A stretch of 64,000 nucleotides of DNA from a virus (IMGVR_UViG_3300033388_005412:96001-160000), one strand, 5' to 3'. Positions 10,606 through 21,178 are shown, counted from the stretch's first letter. Notes: generated by a model from the letters alone, not told the origin. Numbers and translations are program-made.

Positions 10606-11607
10606 TCAGGTTAAAAGTTTCTTCAACCATGACTCTTTTCTCTTACCATCTTTTTTACTTATAGCTTTTTTCTCGTCCTCAGCCGCCAACTGATCTTCGG
10701 CGATCTGGGCCGGTGTCCTCTTGGCTTTTTTTTGAGCCTCATCAGCTATATCTTCAATAATATTTCTTTTACCGAATATTTTTATAGGTATATTTTCATT
10801 ACACGTTTCGGCGAAAAAAGCGTACATCTCGGCGATCGGGTCGCCGGTCGGCTCGCATACTTTAGATACCGACGTTATATGAACATTATTTAACGTTTCA
10901 ACTGTGCCGCCGCGGAATTCTTCACTCACATCACCATATGTTATTGTTATATCAAATCCTCTATTTATGATATTCCCATATTTGGTGTTTAAATAACCCC
11001 ACTTATCTGCCCTGCGTGGATTACCCTTTTCTTTCTCAGAAAATGCTAATTCGGCCGTACCTTCCCGCTCTTCCAGTAATTGCTCAATAGTTGTGATTTT
11101 TGCGGGATTTTCTTTTTTATAATTTTCTAAAATAGTTGTCAAATATCCCGTTTCCTTAAACGCAATAGCAAACTGGCCCTGAACAATTGTTGTTCCTCTT
11201 GTAACCGCATCGAAAGTTTCACTCATGTACCCATAAATCGGCGATTTATTATTTGTGAGATTATATTGAAGTGTAATTATATCATCAACCCACATACTTC
11301 CTATAAAGATCCCGACATCGGCGCCGGCATAATAATCTTCCCAATATCCTAATTTTTTATTTTTTTCTCGTTTTAATAACTCTTTAACGATATCTTCATT
11401 TATCTGTTTATTAGACGGGGGTATTAAACTTTTATTATATTCTTGAACAGATTGACGTAGTCTTAATACTTTATCTTTAGCTAATGAATATGGTAATCCC
11501 GCAATAATAAGTTCCTCATCGGCAGGAGGAAACCCCTGATCCATATTGTAATGTATTACACCATCTTCAGCAATATATTTACTCACATAATATGTATCTT
11601 CAGCCAT
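10606..11607 (-). CDS. Tail-tube-fold protein (possible tube initiator/baseplate hub)
   Basis: YYAGADVGIFIG...LQYNLTNNKSPIYGY...TIVQGQFAI aligns by eye with the tube at 14443-15126. Confidence 0.62.
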   Translation of the reverse strand: MAEDTYYVSKYIAEDGVIHYNMDQGFPPADEELIIAGLPYSLAKDKVLRLRQSVQEYNKSLIPPSNKQINEDIVKELLKREKNKKLGYWEDYYAGADVGIFIGSMWVDDIITLQYNLTNNKSPIYGYMSETFDAVTRGTTIVQGQFAIAFKETGYLTTILENYKKENPAKITTIEQLLEEREGTAELAFSEKEKGNPRRADKWGYLNTKYGNIINRGFDITITYGDVSEEFRGGTVETLNNVHITSVSKVCEPTGDPIAEMYAFFAETCNENIPIKIFGKRNIIEDIADEAQKKAKRTPAQIAEDQLAAEDEKKAISKKDGKRKESWLKKLLT

Positions 11608-11696
11608 GCATATAAATCTCCTTAAATAATCACACCAATCGCCCTATATATAATATAATATTTACTAACATTTTATCAATTTTGGCCGCATGTTTT

Positions 11697-11987
11697 TCAA
11701 ATACCTAATTTTTGAAATCCAACTTCATCAGAAACATTCATCGTCCAAAGATGTTCAAAATAATCTCTGTTTTTTGTATCTTCAACAATTTTAGTATCTT
11801 CCCTTTCAAAAGTTCCACCACAAACATAATGGCCGAGTGGGTGTTTATGATAAAATGTTATGTGTGTTTCAGTTACACTTTTTATCTTGAAAAACACTTG
11901 TGCATATGTGATAATATATTTGTAATATAAGCCAGCTTTAAAATTTTTAATACCTATGTGCTCTCCGGAACACTTATCACAAACCAA
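11697..11987 (-). CDS. Hypothetical protein
   Basis: 96-aa ORF coupled to the upstream 145-aa gene. Confidence 0.55.
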   Translation of the reverse strand: MVCDKCSGEHIGIKNFKAGLYYKYIITYAQVFFKIKSVTETHITFYHKHPLGHYVCGGTFEREDTKIVEDTKNRDYFEHLWTMNVSDEVGFQKLGI

Positions 11988-11990
11988 TTT

Positions 11991-12428
11991 TCACATCCAT
12001 GGTGTCACATCATCACCTAAACACATAAATGTAACTAATATTTTATCATCTTCTTTAAAATAATCAATAATGTTAACATTCTTCATCTGGCAGCGAAGTT
12101 TTTCACCTCGTTCATTAACAGCATACATCACAATTACCGGATTTGTCACAGACTCACACCATCCCACATGCTGACTAAATACATCAGACAACATTTTGGC
12201 CGTTTTTTCATCACAATAACCTTCACCATATACTACACTCGCAAAACGATAAACATTGCTTGGATCTTTTTTACCAAATTCATATCTAGGAATTTTACCA
12301 GCATAAACTTCACATTTACATTTCTCAAATTCACACATTTTCTTACCATCAAAACAAACATCAGCAGTCCTGTTTGTCCAATCAGAACATAATTTTAGTT
12401 CAATACAATCTTTTTGCGATACTTTCAT
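11991..12428 (-). CDS. Hypothetical protein, possible divergent tube-fold fragment
   Basis: AGGAGA RBS; C-terminal YAVNERGE...VTPW resembles tube AAANEYGQ...VTPW. Confidence 0.55.
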   Translation of the reverse strand: MKVSQKDCIELKLCSDWTNRTADVCFDGKKMCEFEKCKCEVYAGKIPRYEFGKKDPSNVYRFASVVYGEGYCDEKTAKMLSDVFSQHVGWCESVTNPVIVMYAVNERGEKLRCQMKNVNIIDYFKEDDKILVTFMCLGDDVTPWM

Positions 12429-12468
12429 TTTTCATCTCCTAATATTTAATCATATTTTATCTTGATAA

Positions 12469-12497
12469 ATATTACAAAAATAAAAACTACCTGTCAA
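12469..12497 (-). promoter_or_regulatory. Sigma70-type promoter TTGACA-N17-TAATAT
   Basis: Minus strand TTGACA GGTAGTTTTTATTTTTG TAATAT; same architecture at 41649-41677 and 46274-46302. Confidence 0.72.
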
Positions 12498-12521
12498 GTA
12501 GCAAAAAGTTGAAAACAAAAA

Positions 12522-14438
12522 TTATTGATTAACAAGGTACTGATAATTGAACGGAGTATTTCCATTTAATCCAGCAACTGTCTGTTCCCGACGAGAACCT
12601 GTAAAAATAGCGCCGGTCGGAATACCACCCTCTGATCCTTTCCTCTCCATCAAGTCTATATCCATAGCAACATATGACATTGTGTTTTCTGTATAGACAT
12701 CCTCGATAGAATGTGTTTGACCCTCGTCGGCGACTTGTATGCCGTATATGGCCATTGTTGATTCTAAACCGAATTCATTAACATAATTTAATATTATATC
12801 AAATGAAGGTAACTGATGCGCGATGACAACTTTTTTTGTCACATCACTTTTTGATTTTGATATGTCCCATAATGCACGCTGATTAAATACATTAAATATC
12901 ATTGATCCGGCGATTGTAATTGAATTATGAGATAAAAACATACCAAATAAATTATGATTATTATCGATCTCTAAATCATATGTTTTAAAAACTCCTATTT
13001 TTTTAATTTCTTTTATTTTAACCCATTTAAATTTCTCATAACAAGATGGTTTATATTTCCGTAAAAAATCAAAAATATGTTCACCTAATTTTTTCAACAT
13101 TTCATATGTAATTGTTTTTGAATTAAGTGTTGATATCCCAGCCCCAAATTTCTTTCTAATATTCAATTTATTATGTTCAATATAATCTCGCAAATCCTGA
13201 TATTTATATCCTAAATTATTCTTTAAAGATTCTAAAATATTTTCGTATCTTTCTTCTTTGCCAAAAATTCCAATTTCTGTTAAAAATCTATAATGATATT
13301 CCGCAGGTATAATAACATTATATGAATCATGTTTTCTTATAATACCCCATTTATTTTTCCTATTTTGTTCTTCATTTACCGGATTAAACCCTATATATGA
13401 ATATATACCCACTTTAGACAACAACTGCTTAATTTGAATAGCTAATTTATGGGAAGTTGTAGAATACGAAATTCTCACAGAATCATTTATTTTCTTTTTT
13501 CTAACATGTATAGTTCCGTCTGTTCCCCAAATTCTGTTCAAAAATAGTTGGGTTTGCGATATTGACATATTCATTAATAAATCAGGAACAGTTTTTTCAT
13601 ATGATTTTTTGCCATAAATTCCCAACGAACGTGTCCAAATAATGAATGGTTTGTAAATTCTTTGAGCCCAACCAGTTGATTTTTCACAATTATGAATTGT
13701 AATATTATAACAATTTCTATCAAATCTTTTATGATACGACAAATTATTTTTTAAACATTCATCTTCAATGTCCTTAACAATTTTCGCATCATAAACACCG
13801 GGTGTGAAAGAAAACCGCTTTTCTTTACCATTTTTATATAAACCAAATACACCATCACCAATTGAATATGCCATAAATTTTATATAATAATCAGGAATAT
13901 TGATATCATCATTAACTCCATAATCTAATGGGATCATTAATTCATCATTAACAATTAATTCAGAAACCGTTTTCCATCCTTCTTTAGTATAAACTAAATG
14001 TGTTTTAGTTAAATCCATTTTAGAACTATCTTGTAATAAAACAGAATAACATTCCTGTGAACCCTTATAAAATTTATTAGTGCACTTTTGGTATGAAACT
14101 TGATTGTTCTTCTCATCCAAAGATAAAATTTTATCACCAATAAAAATATCTTTTACTTTTTTATATCCTTTATCAGTATAAATAAGTTCATCACTAGCGA
14201 TACATCCTCTTGTAAATCCGCGAACTCTGTTACGCCCAAGTGTTCTGACGGCGCCCTTATCCTGATGTATACTGTAACTTAAAGTTGCTATATCTCCGAT
14301 GACAAAAATTTGATCTTTGCCTTCCCGATCCCGGCCGACACATACCGGGATAATATCGCAACCACTATATGTTGATCTCTCACGCCAGGGGGCTGTATCC
14401 AGACGAAAAAATGGTGTGTCGGCACCCCTGTTTTCCAT
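12522..14438 (-). CDS. Tail-tube paralogue interrupted by an intein (638-aa precursor, 211 aa spliced)
   Basis: Exteins TYSGCDI...LSYSIHQDKGAVRTLG...RG|SITIAGSMIF match tube motifs ISYSITRQKAPIYTMG...RGIAGSMI. Confidence 0.8.
   Translation of the reverse strand: MENRGADTPFFRLDTAPWRERSTYSGCDIIPVCVGRDREGKDQIFVIGDIATLSYSIHQDKGAVRTLGRNRVRGFTRGCIASDELIYTDKGYKKVKDIFIGDKILSLDEKNNQVSYQKCTNKFYKGSQECYSVLLQDSSKMDLTKTHLVYTKEGWKTVSELIVNDELMIPLDYGVNDDINIPDYYIKFMAYSIGDGVFGLYKNGKEKRFSFTPGVYDAKIVKDIEDECLKNNLSYHKRFDRNCYNITIHNCEKSTGWAQRIYKPFIIWTRSLGIYGKKSYEKTVPDLLMNMSISQTQLFLNRIWGTDGTIHVRKKKINDSVRISYSTTSHKLAIQIKQLLSKVGIYSYIGFNPVNEEQNRKNKWGIIRKHDSYNVIIPAEYHYRFLTEIGIFGKEERYENILESLKNNLGYKYQDLRDYIEHNKLNIRKKFGAGISTLNSKTITYEMLKKLGEHIFDFLRKYKPSCYEKFKWVKIKEIKKIGVFKTYDLEIDNNHNLFGMFLSHNSITIAGSMIFNVFNQRALWDISKSKSDVTKKVVIAHQLPSFDIILNYVNEFGLESTMAIYGIQVADEGQTHSIEDVYTENTMSYVAMDIDLMERKGSEGGIPTGAIFTGSRREQTVAGLNGNTPFNYQYLVNQ
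12924..14204 (-). mobile_element. Intein in tube paralogue (427 aa, LAGLIDADG endonuclease)
   Basis: Starts CIASDELIYTDKG, block B LTKTHLV, ends TYDLEIDNNHNLFGMFLSHN followed by Ser; FMAYSIGDG and FLNRIWGTDG motifs. Confidence 0.93.
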
Positions 14439-14442
14439 CTAA

Positions 14443-15126
14443 TTATACTGCTGGAATATCAGTCGCGGGATTGGTTCCCTGTTGAATCCACGGAGTTACC
14501 AGCCTGGCAATATATGTCATCTGAACCTCGTTTGATGTATCATCAATCGATATCCCGGAACCCTCATTCAGAATCTCAATAGCAAAAACCCTCATCATTG
14601 AACCCTGACCATATTCGTTGGCCGCGGCCATTGTACTGTCAAAAGGCAATAACTGATCCGCAAACATGGGCTTTGCCTGAACCGATAACGACCCGGGATT
14701 AACCGCTGTCGTATCAGGTAGTGTGGTTAAAGTTCCAATATCAGATACATTAACACCCTGAATGGCCTCTTCAATTGCACCCGTAGCAAGTGATATTGCT
14801 GGATCAGCTGCAACATATGGATTCGCAATTGATGTTTCTATGCTACCACGTTTAGCCGCAAAAACAGAACCCGCCATAAAATCACCAAGACAATGACGAT
14901 CAAATGTTGTCATTATCATGCTTCCGGCGATACCTCTTTTTGATCTCGCAATTGCCCGCGGATCAGGAGAGCCCATTGTATAAATCGGCGCCTTCTGCCT
15001 CGTTATACTGTATGAAATACCCTGAATCGTTGAAATAATACTATCATTAAATACAGAAAATATGTCCGTTCCTGTATGAACACTATATGTTTCTGTGTAT
15101 GACGATGTTCCTAAACTTGAACCCAT
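14443..15126 (-). CDS. Tail tube protein
   Basis: Immediately downstream of the sheath; 227 aa; AAGGAGG RBS. Confidence 0.75.
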   Translation of the reverse strand: MGSSLGTSSYTETYSVHTGTDIFSVFNDSIISTIQGISYSITRQKAPIYTMGSPDPRAIARSKRGIAGSMIMTTFDRHCLGDFMAGSVFAAKRGSIETSIANPYVAADPAISLATGAIEEAIQGVNVSDIGTLTTLPDTTAVNPGSLSVQAKPMFADQLLPFDSTMAAANEYGQGSMMRVFAIEILNEGSGISIDDTSNEVQMTYIARLVTPWIQQGTNPATDIPAV

Positions 15127-15198
15127 GTTACACCTCCTTTATTTATCCTTTAATACGTCTATTAACATATTATATTTTTTATCATTAAAATAACAACT

Positions 15199-18015
15199 TT
15201 ACGATGTTAGTTTAACCTCCACAGCAATTCTCCTTAATTCAAATGCCGGTCCTAACACCAAAGGAATTCTCGCAACACCAGCGACGACCTCAGCCGGCGT
15301 CTGATGTATCGCAAACGAAAAACTCCGTAATGCGCCGTCTTCCTGCATGGCAAGTAAACCCTTTGAAATAGCCGTATCAAGCGCTGCTTTTTTGGCATCA
15401 TTAAACCCTTCACCTAAGAAAGGTCTGCCAACAGCCCTAACCACATTCATGGCGGCCGCTGCTATTCTAAAAGTAGAAAGCCTCACCCAGTCACTTCCCG
15501 TGGCTGCCGCTGTAACACCGTCACAAACAACAGGACCAATACCTGATATAAGTCTACCTCCGACATATCTCAATTCAGTTAACTTATCAAGCTGTCTCGC
15601 TGAAAGATTATACCTCAATGCGAGAACTTCAGTTCCTAATGACTTATTAGTTGTCGCACTTTTAGGAACTAACTGAGACACCAGCCCGGCATAATGAGCC
15701 TCACCAGTGGCCGCATATGGATACGTTATCACATTATTAGCTATAACAGGCTCATATGCAACAACATTTATCAGTCTGGCATCGAGACCGGCCATAACAT
15801 TAGCGGCTCTTGTTAAATCAGATGTGCTTGTTACTGTTAACTTCGTAAACCAACTCGCAACATCATCAATCTTAGGACTATCGGCCGGTTTAACAGCCAT
15901 AACACCAAACGCTTCATTAACACCATCCATCATACTTTCAAGATGGGCGTTCAACTGCTGAACAAATCCAGCATTTACCTCAATTGGTAATCCGGTCTCA
16001 TCATCATACACAACTTTAGTATCATCCAAATATGTGTTCATAACTGTTATGATATCAACAGGATAATCCGCTATTGCGGCATATGTATCAGTCAAAACAT
16101 CATATTTATCAATGTTGCTCATTATAATGCCATTTGTGCCGCCCTGAAGGCTCTGTGAGGCCGATAAATTAACCCATTCAGGTTGATAGTCATAATCAAA
16201 CCCAAACACCCTAATATTGTCTATATCAGGCTGATTATCGCCCGCCGATATTGCGATTTTACCCGCAGCGGCATCTGATATAATAACATCCTTGTCTATT
16301 GTATAAACAACCTTAGCTGAATAATAAATAGCCATATCAGCCGGCTGAGCCGTACCAAATGTTATTTTCTTGCCGGCCGCGAAATACGACTTATAACTAT
16401 GTGTTGCGGTAACAGCTGATAATGTCGGATGCTGTGTTAAAGCAAATGCCTCACTGTTATAACTAACAGTAATTATCGACTTCGAGGACGGAGCCGGTTC
16501 AATAGTAACAGCCGCGACTTGTCCATCGCCACCGCCAACATCCGTTAACGTCCAACCAACTCCGGAACCATCATCTTTAGGCACCAAAACAGTTTGACCC
16601 GCCGTTGATGTCCTGAAAAATTTAAGCTCTAAATCGCCATCCCCATCGACAGCATCAGAATCAATAGCCTCATATGCTGTAAATGTAAAAGCTTTTGTTT
16701 CGCCGTCTCCAACACCTATATAACTGTTTCTCACAAGATGTTTGGCCTCTCCGTCATTAACAAGATCAACAGATCCATCTAATTTTAAAAGAGGAATCGA
16801 CAATGCTCCGCTCATTTGAATAGGATATGGTAAAGAAACGGCCGCCTTACCTGACGAACTCAATTCAGCCGCCATATCATTTAACTGATAAACTTCATTT
16901 AATTTCACAAGTCTGTTTGACGCTGTGACACTTGCCGGAAACGGAAAAACAGGAACATACTGTTCAACAACTGTACTATTTGCAGTTGTATGTGCGGCAA
17001 TAGTTGTACCAAACATACCTCGTTTATATTCATCCGCAGCAATAACACCCGTAGGCGCAACATCAACGATCTTAACACTATATGTCTTAGTTGCTATATC
17101 AACACCATCATACTGAACAATTTCCATATCGGTCACAACATCGCCGACTTTGTGATAAATCTTCAAATAACCCGTACTATCGGCCGCCATAAAAACAGGA
17201 AGAGCATCAGTTGTAACAACTCCACCATCAACAGCTGTCGGATCAACATTTATATTTGCCGCCAAATTAGCAACCGCAACATCCGACGTATCAACTGTAT
17301 AATCATCATCAGTATCAGCTAATTTAAAAGCATCAACTAAATTAATAACTATACTCCCACTCGCGTCGACATAAGGCATATCTTTTTGAACATCAAGTTC
17401 AAAAGATGTTCTGATTTCATTAGCCTCGGCCGTAACAATCCCCGCTAAATTAGTATCAGCATTAATAGCCGCCACTAAACCAACAACATCACTAACAGAC
17501 CCACTCACAACAGCAGTCGGATCAAATGGTATAACACTTTCCAATCCGGATACAGGGTTATAACCAACAACCGATAATTGTCCATTCACTATTTCCTGTC
17601 TGAATGACACACTATTATATATGTCACCAGGATCATTGGCTGTAACAGTCATCGCCGGTATGGCCAAACCGGTAACAGCGTCAACTGTTTCCGTTTTTTC
17701 TTCCGTTCCGGCCGATTCATTGACAATTAACTCCGCAGTATTACCGTTTGTTATTCTGCAAAGACGAATGTCTTTAACAGCACCCGGCGCATAATACGCC
17801 TCACAAAAACCCCTAACTAGTGTCCCACTTTCTGCAGATCCAAAAGCAGCAACTGCAGCCTCAGGTGTTCTAATAGCAGTCGGACTATTTTTTGGGCCCT
17901 TTGTACTAGTACCGAGAATCAATATACTATCTCCGCTACTCACAACCCTAGCTGTGTCTAAATTACCATCTTGTAACGTACTTACAATATTAGGTAAGTG
18001 ACTCAAATTTCTCAT
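15199..18015 (-). CDS. Contractile tail sheath protein (938 aa)
   Basis: N-terminal ILILGTSTKGP...AFG; C-terminal WVRLSTFRI...VGRPFLGEGFND...LGPAFELRRIAVEV sheath signature. Confidence 0.9.
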   Translation of the reverse strand: MRNLSHLPNIVSTLQDGNLDTARVVSSGDSILILGTSTKGPKNSPTAIRTPEAAVAAFGSAESGTLVRGFCEAYYAPGAVKDIRLCRITNGNTAELIVNESAGTEEKTETVDAVTGLAIPAMTVTANDPGDIYNSVSFRQEIVNGQLSVVGYNPVSGLESVIPFDPTAVVSGSVSDVVGLVAAINADTNLAGIVTAEANEIRTSFELDVQKDMPYVDASGSIVINLVDAFKLADTDDDYTVDTSDVAVANLAANINVDPTAVDGGVVTTDALPVFMAADSTGYLKIYHKVGDVVTDMEIVQYDGVDIATKTYSVKIVDVAPTGVIAADEYKRGMFGTTIAAHTTANSTVVEQYVPVFPFPASVTASNRLVKLNEVYQLNDMAAELSSSGKAAVSLPYPIQMSGALSIPLLKLDGSVDLVNDGEAKHLVRNSYIGVGDGETKAFTFTAYEAIDSDAVDGDGDLELKFFRTSTAGQTVLVPKDDGSGVGWTLTDVGGGDGQVAAVTIEPAPSSKSIITVSYNSEAFALTQHPTLSAVTATHSYKSYFAAGKKITFGTAQPADMAIYYSAKVVYTIDKDVIISDAAAGKIAISAGDNQPDIDNIRVFGFDYDYQPEWVNLSASQSLQGGTNGIIMSNIDKYDVLTDTYAAIADYPVDIITVMNTYLDDTKVVYDDETGLPIEVNAGFVQQLNAHLESMMDGVNEAFGVMAVKPADSPKIDDVASWFTKLTVTSTSDLTRAANVMAGLDARLINVVAYEPVIANNVITYPYAATGEAHYAGLVSQLVPKSATTNKSLGTEVLALRYNLSARQLDKLTELRYVGGRLISGIGPVVCDGVTAAATGSDWVRLSTFRIAAAAMNVVRAVGRPFLGEGFNDAKKAALDTAISKGLLAMQEDGALRSFSFAIHQTPAEVVAGVARIPLVLGPAFELRRIAVEVKLTS

Positions 18016-18041
18016 CTTATTCCTCCTTTTTTATATTTTCT

Positions 18042-18731
18042 TTAAACGTCTTCAATTCTTTTTTCAACTTCTAATTTAAGCTCCTTTAATATAGTAGTAT
18101 TAATTGTCGATAATTCCTCTGTTCTCACATAGTAAGCGAGCGTTCTAACATTAAGACCATTATCTAATTGGGTTGATGTGTCGTCAACACCGCGCCACCA
18201 AAACAAAATTTCAGAGAGCCCCATGTATTTAAAAAAATCCCTATGAGATGTCATAAATCGCTTAAACCATAATGCTGAAATATCGGCCTGCCAGTTTGTT
18301 AATGTCCATATATCAAACTGAACCAGAGTATCAAACCATTGGCCATATATTTGTGTATCCTTTTCATCTTTTGTTTCAGGGTTTTTAATTTGACGTAAAC
18401 GCGGCGCAACTTCCCTCGTGGTTCCAAACGGCTGTTTACTTCCGCCAATCGATCCAGGTTCTTCTCTCGTTATCTTATATGTTATCGTATCAACAAATTT
18501 TTCAGTCGGATTATCCATGGTCGCTTTATGTTCCTGCGTCCCCTTCATTAAATATCTTGGAAATGCCGGGGCTATAACAAGACCTGGTTTTTCGATATCA
18601 AGAACATGATACAACAACGCAAAAAATTGCTGCATTGTTAAATTGCCAAAAGCTTTTTGCGGCACCGGATACATGCCACTCAATTTATCAGCATATTTAT
18701 CGGCTGTTAAAACTTCACCGGATTCAATCAT
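18042..18731 (-). CDS. Putative neck/tail-terminator protein
   Basis: Position just upstream of the sheath; VQFDIWT...ADISALWF beta-rich pattern. Confidence 0.5.
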   Translation of the reverse strand: MIESGEVLTADKYADKLSGMYPVPQKAFGNLTMQQFFALLYHVLDIEKPGLVIAPAFPRYLMKGTQEHKATMDNPTEKFVDTITYKITREEPGSIGGSKQPFGTTREVAPRLRQIKNPETKDEKDTQIYGQWFDTLVQFDIWTLTNWQADISALWFKRFMTSHRDFFKYMGLSEILFWWRGVDDTSTQLDNGLNVRTLAYYVRTEELSTINTTILKELKLEVEKRIEDV

Positions 18732-19216
18732 GTTATCATATCCCTCACAGTAAACACTTTTTTAAATTCAATTCTCCCTAAATCACCTCGTTTAGGATCA
18801 ACACGCTTAACACTATATTTTCTTTTAGGACAAACCTTACCATCTGCTAAATTCTCATCACTTTTATCATAAACAATTGTCGGCCTTTCGGTGTGCTCCC
18901 AATCCAAATCATATATCTCATCATCAACAACAACAGGGACATTATGTTTTAGATAAAAAATCTCAGATGTGATATCCAAATCACCTGGACTTGTAACAAC
19001 AACACCCTCGCGCTTACTAACGGTACCGGAAACAGCAGGAATGGAATAACCCTCAATCAAAAAATCATTATATTCATATTTTGGACCGCCAATGGCCTCC
19101 TTTGTTATGTCATTCCAATAGGGACTTTTCTCGTCAGTAAACTTCCGCAAAAGAAGCCACCTGGCTATTCCCTCAAAGTCCGACATTATCGATGAAAATT
19201 CGCTTCTTATGTCCAC
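18728..19216 (-). CDS. Putative head-closure/neck protein
   Basis: Synteny between adaptor and terminator; ATGA coupling. Confidence 0.48.
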   Translation of the reverse strand: MDIRSEFSSIMSDFEGIARWLLLRKFTDEKSPYWNDITKEAIGGPKYEYNDFLIEGYSIPAVSGTVSKREGVVVTSPGDLDITSEIFYLKHNVPVVVDDEIYDLDWEHTERPTIVYDKSDENLADGKVCPKRKYSVKRVDPKRGDLGRIEFKKVFTVRDMIT

Positions 19217-19226
19217 AAATTACTCC

Positions 19227-20579
19227 TCATAACACATCGACACTATTATCTTTACTAAAATACTCATCTTCTAATCTTTCCCATGTTGGCCGACGCTCAT
19301 CGTAATCAGCCTTTACAGTACCAACAGAACTAACAAAAGATTGACCGGTTGTTATAATATTTAAATTTTTGGTAACACATATATTTAAACCTTCTATCCT
19401 TTTTTTAACAATATCAACAAAACCCCGACCATAACTAACTGTAAAATCATCCAGTGTCTTAGAAGTCACCGGACCACCTGCAAAATAAACTCTATGAATC
19501 AAATCTAATTTAGTTTTACATTCAACATAATCACGCGCCGCCTGGGGAACCGCGTCATCCTCCCATGCGGTTGTTGCCACACTCAATATATAAGACGAAT
19601 TTTCATATATTAACATTTCTATTTCAGAATCCTTAACTTTTCGTATCAAATCCCCTAAATTAGATCTAATTAATTTAACAGTACTATAATAAGGACTTAT
19701 AGCTGTTTTAAATGTGAATAAATAATCAGAACTGAGAACACCGCTTGCTGATATATCAGTTATTCCACTCTTCAAAACAACATTATATATACTCGATGGG
19801 GCATACTCATCGGCCAATACGCCGGACGGTGCAATTGTCAAAGTTTTTTCACTAACACTATTAATATATGTCTCAGAGTCAACAGGAAAACCAAGCAAAT
19901 CTTCACCTGTTATTAAAACTCTATTAACCAGTGAATCAGGGTCGGGCTCCAAATTAAATACGACTTTTATTTCACTTGTTATAACATTTGTCTCACCATT
20001 TATCGGACTCGTTGACGCAACTTCAAAAACTATCGGTGCATCAGGTGGAAAAATATATTGATCAGGACCCTGCGGTATCGGCGTGATCGTCCCGTCAATA
20101 CCAACTTCAGCTGCAGTTGTGACAATGTGTGAGACCGGCTCACCGGTGCGGCCAAATGTTTCAGCATAAATGCCATCCTCGCCTGTAAAATACGGGCCAT
20201 CAGTGGCGGCATCTCCAACCTGCGCTAGTGGTATTGTTTTATCAACAGTTTCACCAGTTGTAAAATACGATACAAAACTATTATCGTCCCAATTTTCGCC
20301 TAACAGTGTTTTAATTCCACTATCACCACCGACAAGTATTATGCTATATTTAGTATTTTTCTCTAAATAAGCATAGAGCTGAAAAGTAAGAGTTTTTGTC
20401 CCAACAACGTAGTCCGGAACTCCACTGACTATTTCTTCTGTATCTGTTTGAACTAAAATAACAGATGAATCTGTTATTGTTGATCTATCGAGTGCCTCAT
20501 CAAATTTAAAACTGAGAAAAACATTTAAAACAACTCCGGTCGCAAAATTATTGGGAAATGATTCCAGTATCTTTGCCAT
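19227..20579 (-). CDS. Ig-like-domain protein with C-terminal head-tail adaptor-like region
   Basis: Two Big_5-like repeats (SFPNNFATGV...FKFDEALD; STSPINGETNV...VFNLEPDP); helical C-terminus ending TLDDFTVSY. Confidence 0.58.
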   Translation of the reverse strand: MAKILESFPNNFATGVVLNVFLSFKFDEALDRSTITDSSVILVQTDTEEIVSGVPDYVVGTKTLTFQLYAYLEKNTKYSIILVGGDSGIKTLLGENWDDNSFVSYFTTGETVDKTIPLAQVGDAATDGPYFTGEDGIYAETFGRTGEPVSHIVTTAAEVGIDGTITPIPQGPDQYIFPPDAPIVFEVASTSPINGETNVITSEIKVVFNLEPDPDSLVNRVLITGEDLLGFPVDSETYINSVSEKTLTIAPSGVLADEYAPSSIYNVVLKSGITDISASGVLSSDYLFTFKTAISPYYSTVKLIRSNLGDLIRKVKDSEIEMLIYENSSYILSVATTAWEDDAVPQAARDYVECKTKLDLIHRVYFAGGPVTSKTLDDFTVSYGRGFVDIVKKRIEGLNICVTKNLNIITTGQSFVSSVGTVKADYDERRPTWERLEDEYFSKDNSVDVL

Positions 20580-20602
20580 CTCACTTTTTTAAAACTCCTA
20601 AA

Positions 20603-21160
20603 TTATTTAACAATAACTTCTTCATCATCCTTTTCATCCTTTTTTGCTACACCAACACGCTGTGTAACAGGAAGAGTGTGAATCTGATCAGTTATTGCGT
20701 CAATAATGCCACCACGAGATTGCGAACTGGGGTTATTGCCACCTCGTTCCAATTCCATAATTCTTTCTAATGTCGGCAAATCTTTAATCGTGCGAATATC
20801 CTGGATTATTAAATCTTCTATGTTTCTGTTTATTACTTTTATATAACGATCATCCTGCTGGTCAATTTTCTTCGGCGCTTTCACTATTGGTTGACGAGAC
20901 ACATCTTTATTTGCTACACCACCATATTTCAATGAAACATCTTTATTTTTCTGATAAACAAACAAAATACCAGCATTTATATTCTTCCGAATAAAAGTAG
21001 CATCCATTTTATCTGTCACAGTAATCCGATCTTGGCCCTTATCAAAAAAACTTAAAGTAAAATCATTTGAGGGATCTATATACATTCCACTCATTTTCGG
21101 ATTTAACACAACTTGACAACCAACTAAAGACTTTTCTTGATCCATCTGATCCATACGCAA
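20603..21160 (-). CDS. Hypothetical head-associated protein
   Basis: GAGGAGG RBS; directly downstream of the capsid gene. Confidence 0.6.
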   Translation of the reverse strand: MRMDQMDQEKSLVGCQVVLNPKMSGMYIDPSNDFTLSFFDKGQDRITVTDKMDATFIRKNINAGILFVYQKNKDVSLKYGGVANKDVSRQPIVKAPKKIDQQDDRYIKVINRNIEDLIIQDIRTIKDLPTLERIMELERGGNNPSSQSRGGIIDAITDQIHTLPVTQRVGVAKKDEKDDEEVIVK

Positions 21161-21178
21161 TAACCCTCCTCAGGATAA

